Below are positions 47,412 to 54,863 of a DNA stretch of 54,863 bases, in pieces; positions within the stretch are counted from its first letter, which is position 1; each line of letters begins with the position of its first letter. Location: positions 1 to 54,863 of the IMG/VR virus record IMGVR_UViG_3300036794_000049; one strand, given 5' to 3'. The translations under genes were made by a program, and so were the position numbers. The stretch comes from a virus. Its lineage: Duplodnaviria > Caudoviricetes. Below the pieces are notes generated by a model. That model worked only from the letters and a program-made list of their open reading frames with translations. It was not told the origin of the DNA and did no database searches.

Positions 47412-47900
47412 ATGGCGGCAGTCAGCGGGTCGGACTTCCTCCTCGAGGTCGAAACGACCCCGGGAAGTAACACCTTTATCCCCGTCGCGAATTTCAACGC
47501 GTACGGGAACCGTTCGACGCAGGCCGAGACGCGGTACCCGGTCTTCGCGAACCCGGTCCCCCTGACGAATCCCGCCCCGAAAGAGCAGACGTTCACGGCA
47601 GGCGGGTTAATCGATCTCACGGACCCGGGTCAAGCGCTCCTCCGAGCCGCCGAGGCCAATCGCACGACGATTCGCATTCGCGCACTGTTCGACGGCGCGT
47701 CGACCGGCATCGTCCAGACGGTGCGGGTGGGCTCGTTTGCGCACGATGCACGGCCCGAAAGCTTGCAGACCGTTAGCTACGAGTTCACAGCGACCGATGT
47801 CGAGACGCCGGCCGTGCCGACTGAACTCGAGTTTCTACAGGAAAACACGGCGAGCGGCGCAACGTCCTATGCGTTCTCGCCCGCCTATAACCTGACCTAA
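47412..47900 (+). CDS. Tail tube protein, copy 2, with C-terminal extension
   Basis: Close paralog of 46973-47392, with about 25 extra residues at the C-terminus. Confidence 0.75.
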   Translation: MAAVSGSDFLLEVETTPGSNTFIPVANFNAYGNRSTQAETRYPVFANPVPLTNPAPKEQTFTAGGLIDLTDPGQALLRAAEANRTTIRIRALFDGASTGIVQTVRVGSFAHDARPESLQTVSYEFTATDVETPAVPTELEFLQENTASGATSYAFSPAYNLT

Positions 47901-47914
47901 CGAGAGACGAGGCT

Positions 47915-49153
47915 ATGGCCGACGTTACACGATGGGGCGAGATCCAAGAGCTGCTGCCCCCGCTCTTGCCGGTCGGCGCGGGCGGCGTGCACCAGATCAT
48001 CGACCCGGTCACTGGGCAAACGCTCATCCAAACGACAGCGACGGCGGGTCTCGAAACCATCCTTACCGGGCTTCTGAATCAGTCGCAGCCCTTTACGCTC
48101 GCCTGGGTCGGTCAGGGGAAATACACCGACGGTTGGTTTCTCGCCGGACTCGCTGACAACGCGGGCGCGACCTACACCTACTTCGACGTCCACCTCGGCA
48201 CCTTGAATCCCGGCCATGTCAACGGGTTCGTCAACCCGTCTGGCGGCCCGGCCAACGATCTGAGGCATCAGAGTGCGAAGTTGCGCACCTACATGTTCTG
48301 GCGCAACGGCACCAACGCGAGTTGCAAGGCCGGCTATAAAACGCAGGTCGATATGACGGGAATCGGCGCTGCAGCCAACGCCAACGGCCGCCTCGGCCTC
48401 GGCGACATCATTGGCACGTACGCGACCGTGAAACATCGCGCCGTTCGCATCATCATGGGTCGCGCTGGTGATCCGGCCGACATATCCGCGACGCTGCGAT
48501 GGGCGAGGACGTATCACAAGAGCGTGAGCGGCGCGGACAGCACGATATGCGGCGAGGGCGATTCGATCACGCAAGGATTCCAAGGCTCGGGGGTCAATGA
48601 CAATAGTTGGATAACAATCCTGAGTGATACGATCTCGCAGTTCGCCGACTATGACAGCGACAACTACGCGACGGCCGGCGCGGGTATCATTGCGGGAGCG
48701 ATCAGCGCGCGCGCCGCCTTGGTTGACGCCTACTTTGCCGCGCATCCCGCCACAAAGAAAATCCTCAGTCTGTGGGGCGGTACGAACGACGTCGCTGGCA
48801 ACGCGGACCCGACCGCGGCGGCGAACGCGATCTGGACCTATATCGACGCTCGGCGGGCGGCGACCCCAGGACTCAAGGTCGTTGTCTGGACGATGCTCGC
48901 GCGCGATGCCACGGGGCCAGGCAGCTCCGTCACGCAAGCCGTGATGGATGCGGGGCGCACGACGCTCAACACGAATATTCGAGCGAATGCCGCGGCGCAC
49001 GGCGCCGTGATCGCGGACATCGCGAATGATGCCAACTTCGCGGCGAACAATTCGTTTGGCAGCGCCTACATGTTGGCCGATCACGTACACCCCAGCGCGA
49101 CGGGCCAGGCATATATCGCGACGTTTGGCGCTGGTGTGATCGCGCCGCTCTAA
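47915..49153 (+). CDS. SGNH/GDSL hydrolase-domain virion-associated protein
   Basis: GDSIT (block I), AG (II), GGTND (III) and DHVHP (V), with an N-terminal beta-rich domain. Confidence 0.85.
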   Translation: MADVTRWGEIQELLPPLLPVGAGGVHQIIDPVTGQTLIQTTATAGLETILTGLLNQSQPFTLAWVGQGKYTDGWFLAGLADNAGATYTYFDVHLGTLNPGHVNGFVNPSGGPANDLRHQSAKLRTYMFWRNGTNASCKAGYKTQVDMTGIGAAANANGRLGLGDIIGTYATVKHRAVRIIMGRAGDPADISATLRWARTYHKSVSGADSTICGEGDSITQGFQGSGVNDNSWITILSDTISQFADYDSDNYATAGAGIIAGAISARAALVDAYFAAHPATKKILSLWGGTNDVAGNADPTAAANAIWTYIDARRAATPGLKVVVWTMLARDATGPGSSVTQAVMDAGRTTLNTNIRANAAAHGAVIADIANDANFAANNSFGSAYMLADHVHPSATGQAYIATFGAGVIAPL

Positions 49154-49215
49154 CACTTTAGTAGTTCAGCAACTTCACCGTTCCACGGTTTCACACCGAT
49201 CGATCGAGGCACCGT

Positions 49216-49686
49216 ATGACACAGTCCGCAACGAATGAGCAGCAGCCAACAGAAGCGCAACCCGCACCCACCGCGCCCTCGACGCCGCGGCGGATGCTCA
49301 CCAAACAGTCCATCCTTGCGAAGAACGATCAGGCATACGAGGACGTCCCAGTTCCGGAGTGGAGCGAGGATGGCGAGGAGGCATACGTGCGCGTCCGCGG
49401 CCTCACGTCGCGCGAGCGCGATGCGTTCGAAGCCGATATTGCCATTGGCGAAAAGGTCAACTACGACAACGTGCGCGCGAAGCTCTTCGTGCGAACGGTC
49501 GTGGACGAGAACGGCCAACTCATCTTTGCGGAGACAGACGTTCCGCTCCTCGGCATCAAGAGCGCGAAGGCGCTCGCACGCGTGTACACCGCCGCGGCGA
49601 AGCTCTCGGGGCTCACGAAGGATGACGTGGAGAGCCTCGCAAAAAACTCCGGGCGCGCCCGTACCGGCGCGCACTCTTCGCGCTAG
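49216..49686 (+). CDS. Tail assembly chaperone (G)
   Basis: V.VPEW....V.VRGL...ERD.FE...VDE.G..IF; upstream of the tape measure gene. Confidence 0.85.
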   Translation: MTQSATNEQQPTEAQPAPTAPSTPRRMLTKQSILAKNDQAYEDVPVPEWSEDGEEAYVRVRGLTSRERDAFEADIAIGEKVNYDNVRAKLFVRTVVDENGQLIFAETDVPLLGIKSAKALARVYTAAAKLSGLTKDDVESLAKNSGRARTGAHSSR

Positions 49687-49874
49687 CGATCCACAAGTTC
49701 AGACGCACACCCTGGGAGCTGATGGATGCGCTCGACGAACCCGGCGATGGGCGCAAGGTGAATGAGCTGCTCGCGTTCTTCCAAATCGAGGCGGAGGACC
49801 GGAAAAAGGAACAGCAGCAGGAAGACTTGAAACGGCAAGTACAGGGCGTGCTCCATCGAGCTCCACACCGTTAG
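49641..49874 (+). CDS. Frameshifted chaperone extension (GT), -1 frameshift at A AAA AAC (49641-49647)
   Basis: The slippery heptamer is in the correct phase. The -1 frame reads KLRARPYRRALFALA...ELLAFFQIEAE... to TAG 49872-49874. Confidence 0.85.
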   Translation, partial: KKLRARPYRRALFALAIHKFRRTPWELMDALDEPGDGRKVNELLAFFQIEAEDRKKEQQQEDLKRQVQGVLHRAPHR

Positions 49875-49890
49875 GACCCGCTAGGTACCA

Positions 49891-52038
49891 ATGGCAACGA
49901 TTGCGGAACTCATCATCGCGGCACGCGTCGATCCCGCTGGTATCGCGGTGGGGCTCGGCGAAGGCACGCGCATGCTCGAGAACTACGGGCAGGAGGCCGC
50001 GACCGTCATCAATGCTGCCATCGGTTCCTTCGATCGCCTCGGTAAAACGATCGACGTGACCAACGACGCCGCCGTGCTGGGCTTTCGCGCGCAAGGCGAT
50101 CAGCTCGCCGCGAACCTCGTGGCACTCGGTGCGACGGACACGGAACTCAACAAGATCGGTACATCGATCGCACGCGTTGAGCGCGCAGCCGGCGCGGCGG
50201 CCGTGGAATTCGCGGCACTCCACGCCGAGGCGGTCGCAATGGACCGCGAGATGGAGCGCGCGGCCGCGGCATCGATGGCGTTCCAGGCGAGTGCGCGGAG
50301 CCGCGGCGCCTCTGGAATTCTCGGCGCGCTCGGCGGGAGTGTAGCAGATCTTCGCGACGTCCGGACTGAGACCGCGGCGTTAGGTGGAGCGAGCCGCTCC
50401 ACGGTAATCGGAATCAGCGAGCTCGCACGCGGTATCGGACAGGTCGGCATGAGCGGCCGAATCACCGCGCTCTCGATGCGGGAGTTCACTGGCGCTGCGT
50501 TCCGGCTGGGAGCGACACTCGGCGAGTGGGGCGCCATCATCGGCATCGTTGGCTCGGTTGGGTACGCGATTTATGAAATGCTCAGCAAGACCAGCAAGGC
50601 GATGGAGGACACGCGGAAAAAGTTCGCGGAGGAGCTGAGCGGAATGATGGACGACTTCGATCAGATCGGGCTCCAGAAAAAACTGCGCGAGGTCGAGATC
50701 GGGAAGCCGTCCGCGGGGGTCGGTGAGGGCGGCGGCTACACGGGGTCACTGCGCGATCTGCAGGCGCGCATGGACGACGCGATCGCGCAATACAAGCTGG
50801 CGGACCAAACATGGAACGTGAAGCTCGCGAACACCGCGAAGGCGAACATAAAGTCCCTGGCGCCGCAGCTCGAGGAGGCGATTCGGGAGCGCGATAAGAT
50901 CCTGAGTGCGCTCTATAACCCGCAGGTGCTGCCCGGGATGGAGCGCGACATTACGGGGCTGGCGAAGTTCGGCATCAACATAAACTCGCCCCTGAAGCAG
51001 GCCGCAGAGGACGCGAAAGAAGCGGCGAAACAGATGAAGGCGCTCAACGAGGAGACGGCGAAGCTCGCGCGATTCCTCCAAGGCTCGGGCGGGACAGCCC
51101 CTGGCTATGGCGGAATGGGTTCGATCACAGGCGGCGCCACGCACTTCGCGTTTCCCATTGTTGTCACGCCAGGTGCGCAGCTCCCAATTCCGCAAGCACC
51201 GCCCGCGACCATGCCGGACGTCGGAGGGATGAGCGACCTGCGCCTCAGAATCCAGCCGGTGATCGATGCATTCAAGGACGCGGCCTCGCTCGTCGGGAAT
51301 TCCATGATGAGCGCGTTCGGGCCCGTTGCGCTCCTCTTTAAAGTGATGGAGCCCGCGATTCGCATTATCTCAACCCTCTTCGATAAGCTGCTCGCGCCAC
51401 TGACTGCAGTGGTCGAAGTAATCGCTGCGGGCCTCGAGCCGGTCTTCCGACTGCTCTTTCCGATCATCCGCGACGTCGCGATCGCGCTCACGTACCTGCA
51501 AGAAATTCTCGACCGCGTAGTCTCCGCGATCGCGCGACTCGTCGGGAATGTCGTGACGGCGATCGGTGCACTGATCGCGCACATCCCATTCCTCGGGAGT
51601 TGGGGTCACGCCATCGAGAATGCCGGGAAGAGTCTCCTCACGTACGCCGCTGGGCTGACAGATTCGGCGAACGAAATGGCACAGGTCCGGAAGCGACTCG
51701 AAGCGATGCAGTTCGGTCAGACCGCCGACTCGATTGCGCAGCTCGGAGACGCGGCCGCAGCTGCCGCCGAACAGCTCAACAACGTTCCGCAGGGCTTCAA
51801 AGCCACGCTCGACTATCTCACGTACCTCGTGCAGACCCCGCAACCGATGAACTACGGCGGCTATGCCGGCGCGCTCGCGGGCGGTGGGAGCGGCACGGTC
51901 ATCAATGGGGATGTGTACGTGGACGCACGCACGAAGTCGATTCCGCAGGCGTTCGATGAACTCAAGACAGAAGCACAGATCCGGGCACGCTCCCTGACGG
52001 GCGATGTGAGCAAGGCCTCCGACGTGTGGAATCATTAG
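49891..52038 (+). CDS. Tape measure protein
   Basis: 715 aa, Ala-rich and helical, starting MATIAEL; follows G/GT. Confidence 0.85.
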   Translation: MATIAELIIAARVDPAGIAVGLGEGTRMLENYGQEAATVINAAIGSFDRLGKTIDVTNDAAVLGFRAQGDQLAANLVALGATDTELNKIGTSIARVERAAGAAAVEFAALHAEAVAMDREMERAAAASMAFQASARSRGASGILGALGGSVADLRDVRTETAALGGASRSTVIGISELARGIGQVGMSGRITALSMREFTGAAFRLGATLGEWGAIIGIVGSVGYAIYEMLSKTSKAMEDTRKKFAEELSGMMDDFDQIGLQKKLREVEIGKPSAGVGEGGGYTGSLRDLQARMDDAIAQYKLADQTWNVKLANTAKANIKSLAPQLEEAIRERDKILSALYNPQVLPGMERDITGLAKFGININSPLKQAAEDAKEAAKQMKALNEETAKLARFLQGSGGTAPGYGGMGSITGGATHFAFPIVVTPGAQLPIPQAPPATMPDVGGMSDLRLRIQPVIDAFKDAASLVGNSMMSAFGPVALLFKVMEPAIRIISTLFDKLLAPLTAVVEVIAAGLEPVFRLLFPIIRDVAIALTYLQEILDRVVSAIARLVGNVVTAIGALIAHIPFLGSWGHAIENAGKSLLTYAAGLTDSANEMAQVRKRLEAMQFGQTADSIAQLGDAAAAAAEQLNNVPQGFKATLDYLTYLVQTPQPMNYGGYAGALAGGGSGTVINGDVYVDARTKSIPQAFDELKTEAQIRARSLTGDVSKASDVWNH

Positions 52039-52041
52039 CCC

Positions 52042-52392
52042 ATGGCGTTTCTCTCGATCGCTGGGGTCAGCTACGATGTGCAAGTCACGGACGCGGGCGA
52101 ACGATCACCGCGGTTCGTGGGCGCGCTCGTCACCACCTTCAACGGCGGTCTCCGGAGCTCCCGGCGCGCACGCAAACGCACCTGGGGCTTCACGCTCGCG
52201 CCCATGGATGTCGCGACCTCTGAAACGCTCGTGACCGCGGTCGCGGTCGCGCCCGTGGCCGTAACGGGCGATGCGATCAATGGCGCAGCCATCACGGCGA
52301 TCGTGGAAGTCACGGCAATGCCGTTCCTGGCGAACCTCGACGCCACGCACTCGCACCTCCGCGTCCCGCAGATCACGGTGAGCGAAGTCTGA
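52042..52392 (+). CDS. Distal tail-like protein
   Basis: Small beta-rich ORF directly after the tape measure gene. Confidence 0.55.
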   Translation: MAFLSIAGVSYDVQVTDAGERSPRFVGALVTTFNGGLRSSRRARKRTWGFTLAPMDVATSETLVTAVAVAPVAVTGDAINGAAITAIVEVTAMPFLANLDATHSHLRVPQITVSEV

Positions 52393-52411
52393 TGCGCTGG
52401 ATGGAACCCGC

Positions 52412-54289
52412 ATGACGCGCGCGATCGGCGCTGGAGACCGAGCCAGCGCCGGGGCTGCCGCCTTCAACATCTATGCGGCGGTCTGGGTGCTGGATTCGGA
52501 TGGCGTCTGGCGGGACCTCACCAACTTTCTCGGCGCGGATTGGGTCGTGAGTATCGAGTACGGCGCGACGCTCGACGAGCCGGTTGCGACGGCCCGCATC
52601 ACACTCGTGCGGGAACAGATCGTCGGAGGCGGCATGGTGAGCCTGGCCCCGCAAATCGCCGCGAGCGCAGCGAATCGGAACGGTGCTGGCGCGTACGTGC
52701 CGCTCCTCAACCCGGCGCGGCTGCTGCGCATTCTCACCGCGACGGTCGATGCCGGCGTGAGCGCGGCCGGTCATTGGAAGCGCGTCTTTGACGGGAAGAT
52801 CGATGGAGCGGACCCGGGCGGCGATGCCGGCACGCTCACGCTGCGGTGTCGCGACCGAGGCGCGTGGCTGCAGGACACCGAAATTGAGACGTTGCGCAAC
52901 TATGGCACGTCCGACGGCGCTCCGGTGCAAGCCGTTATGCAGGGGATCATCAACGACAATGGCGTGCCATACGCGCCCGTGATCTCCACGCCGGTCGATC
53001 CCGCCTGGCTCCTGCATCCCTACACGCAGGACAAAACCAACGTCATGGACGCGGTCCGCGCGCTCGCGCTCCAGATCGGGTTCGATCTCCGCTATCTCTT
53101 CCTGACGGATGGCGACGTCGACCCCGTGTTAGTGTTTGCGGAACCGCCGCGCACAAAGACAGACCCAGACTGGACTTTCGGGCCCGACGAATACACGGCA
53201 ATTCCGAAGGCGGAGATCAGTGACGACAACGTCCGGAACGCTGTCACGATCAACTATTCCGATTTGGTGCTGGGGCTGCTTCAGAGCATCACGCGAACGA
53301 ACGCCGCGAGCATTGCCGCCTTCCACCGGCGCTGGATGGAGGTGACGGAAGCCGCGACGTCCAACATCGATACAGCGGCCGAAGCCACGCGGCTCGGGGA
53401 TGCGATCGTCGCGGACCTCGGGGAGCCCGGTATCACGCACACGATGGAATCGCCCTATCTGTGGTTTGTGTCGATCAATGATCTCTGCCGATTCCTCGCA
53501 AACGATGTGCACTACGACGACTACCAAGACCTCGCGGTCGTCGGCATCCAGCACACGCTCGAGGGCGGCCACGGGACGACGACGCTCGATTGCCGCGGTA
53601 CCCCAGCGGGCGCGTACAAGCGCTGGCTGAGTTTTGCGGGTACGGGTGGTGGCCCGGCTGGCAACATCACAATGGTGCCGGAAGTCATTAGCGAGAGCGA
53701 CACGCAAATCACGGTGAAGATCACCGCAAGTGCGGCGGGATCGAACTTGAGTCCCGCGATCGAGCTCCTGTGGACTGGTGTCAACCCACCGGTGACGAAA
53801 CTCTCGGGCGCGGATCCCTTCGCATTCGTGGCGAGCGGGAGCGAGTGGACGTTCGCGAAGCCGACGCCCGGGAGCGGCTCATCACAGTGCGGCTTCGGCG
53901 CCTCGACCACCGGCGGGCTCGATATGGTGCTGTATGTGAATATCCCGGAAGGCACCGCGTTCGCGGGCCCCGCGATCGATGCGCCGTCAATCACGCCCGT
54001 GCCTGACCCGACTGATGAATTCGACATTACGTGGGTCGCGCACACCGTGCCAACTGGCGCGACGTACAAATGCTATTGGCGTCCCACGACCGGAACGTAC
54101 TGGCGGGTGAACGACGTCGGCGCAGCCACCGCGCTCGCGGTCACGCACAGCATGCTCGGTCACATCGTCGGCACCGGCACGGCGAACGCGACGTTTCAGT
54201 CGTATGTGGAGATGTACAGTGCTGGCGGCTCCCTCCTCGCGCAGAGCGTGGTGAGCGAAGTCGGCTGGGAAGATCTGGGACTCGGATGA
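52412..54289 (+). CDS. Tail tip/hub protein with C-terminal Ig/FN3-like region
   Basis: VFDG.ID...LTL.CRD hub-like motif; 625 aa; position. Confidence 0.65.
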   Translation: MTRAIGAGDRASAGAAAFNIYAAVWVLDSDGVWRDLTNFLGADWVVSIEYGATLDEPVATARITLVREQIVGGGMVSLAPQIAASAANRNGAGAYVPLLNPARLLRILTATVDAGVSAAGHWKRVFDGKIDGADPGGDAGTLTLRCRDRGAWLQDTEIETLRNYGTSDGAPVQAVMQGIINDNGVPYAPVISTPVDPAWLLHPYTQDKTNVMDAVRALALQIGFDLRYLFLTDGDVDPVLVFAEPPRTKTDPDWTFGPDEYTAIPKAEISDDNVRNAVTINYSDLVLGLLQSITRTNAASIAAFHRRWMEVTEAATSNIDTAAEATRLGDAIVADLGEPGITHTMESPYLWFVSINDLCRFLANDVHYDDYQDLAVVGIQHTLEGGHGTTTLDCRGTPAGAYKRWLSFAGTGGGPAGNITMVPEVISESDTQITVKITASAAGSNLSPAIELLWTGVNPPVTKLSGADPFAFVASGSEWTFAKPTPGSGSSQCGFGASTTGGLDMVLYVNIPEGTAFAGPAIDAPSITPVPDPTDEFDITWVAHTVPTGATYKCYWRPTTGTYWRVNDVGAATALAVTHSMLGHIVGTGTANATFQSYVEMYSAGGSLLAQSVVSEVGWEDLGLG

Positions 54290-54863
54290 TGCCACTCGAT
54301 ACGATGACGCTCATGATCGTGTTGGCGGCGCTCACGGTCCCGCCAATCGAGGATAGCTGGCTGCCCCACACGTTAGGCGGGTGGCTCGCGGTCTGTGTGG
54401 CGCTCTTCGCGTTGTCTGGCTTGGGCTCCGTCGCCGCGGTGTGGAAGATCCTGCTCCAACCCGTATACCGGCGCATCGAGGATGAAGGGAAGAAACGCCA
54501 TGACGCGATCGAGAAAGAGGAGCGCGAGCGCAAGCACGATTACGAACTGCTCACGCATAACGAGTACGGCGTCATTTCGCGGCACAAGAGCGCGCTCAAG
54601 GCGGACATCGATAACGTCGGCACGAAATACAATGAGTTGGAACGGAGCACCACAGACCGGGAAGCGCGCGTGCGCGATCTGGAGGGACGAATGCGAGAGT
54701 CGGAGCACGATCGGGCGGGACTCCACAAGGAACTCGGAGCGACGCAGAGCGACCTCCGGTCCCTGAAAGAGTCGGTCGACGACAGTCGTATCGCGGTAAT
54801 TGATCACATCCAGGAAGCGAAGAAAGAAATGCTCGCAGCCGTGAACGGGTTCGGCGAGCGGCT
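54286..54863 (+). CDS. Membrane-anchored coiled-coil protein of the lysis region; spans the origin and ends at TAG 207-209
   Basis: The ATG overlaps the stop of the tail gene (ATGA). It reads MMPLDTMTLMIVLAAL...GGWLAVCVALFALSGLGSVAAVWKILLQP followed by a charged heptad-like region. It stays in frame through the overlap to ...SERSEVE*. Absent from the ORF track because it crosses the window end. Confidence 0.75.
   Translation, partial: MMPLDTMTLMIVLAALTVPPIEDSWLPHTLGGWLAVCVALFALSGLGSVAAVWKILLQPVYRRIEDEGKKRHDAIEKEERERKHDYELLTHNEYGVISRHKSALKADIDNVGTKYNELERSTTDREARVRDLEGRMRESEHDRAGLHKELGATQSDLRSLKESVDDSRIAVIDHIQEAKKEMLAAVNGFGER

Noticed and set aside
47051-47599. Repeat pair as a DGR template/variable region
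   Set aside because: No reverse transcriptase is present, the mismatches are not adenine-specific, and both copies lie within paralogous genes.
40169-49156. Long minus-strand ORFs (e.g. 40169-41464, 41499-42431, 47897-49156)
   Set aside because: These are antisense shadows of GC-rich + strand genes with no recognisable motifs.
49641-49647. Chaperone -1 frameshift as a novelty
   Set aside because: Real, but a well-known conserved feature of long-tailed phages; listed as a feature only.
54737-54863. 127-bp terminal repeat as a biological direct terminal repeat
   Set aside because: The length equals a common assembler k-mer and the repeat falls mid-gene. It indicates circularity, not virion ends.

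Overview
This is a complete, circularly assembled, GC-rich (about two-thirds G+C by eye) temperate siphovirus-like phage genome of about 54,736 bp. Bases 1-127 repeat exactly at 54737-54863, which is most simply an assembler k-mer overlap. Almost all genes are on the + strand. The order is: lysis cassette (spanning the origin); a promoter-driven non-coding block with a tRNA-Met(CAT) inside a highly structured RNA; an XRE-type HTH gene; recombination/replication genes (Bet-like annealing protein, beta-clamp-like protein, replisome organiser, RecU-like resolvase); accessory genes with three DNA methyltransferases; a probable terS; a Xis-like gene; attP (3' half of tRNA-Lys) and a tyrosine integrase; then terL, portal, head and non-contractile tail genes. 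Lipoprotein and spanin-like genes imply a diderm host; Gemmatimonadota is a tentative guess only. The most notable observations are: (1) a GIY-YIG/T5orf172 nuclease carrying a paralog of the integrase N-terminal domain, right beside attP and its arm-like repeats; (2) a roughly 580-nt GOLLD-like structured ncRNA enclosing an atypical initiator-type tRNA; (3) a 16-bp operator-like palindrome overlapping seven promoters; (4) tandem tail-tube paralogs, the second possibly recoded into an SGNH hydrolase fusion; (5) terS separated from terL by attP. All family calls come from recognising motifs by eye; no database searches were run.
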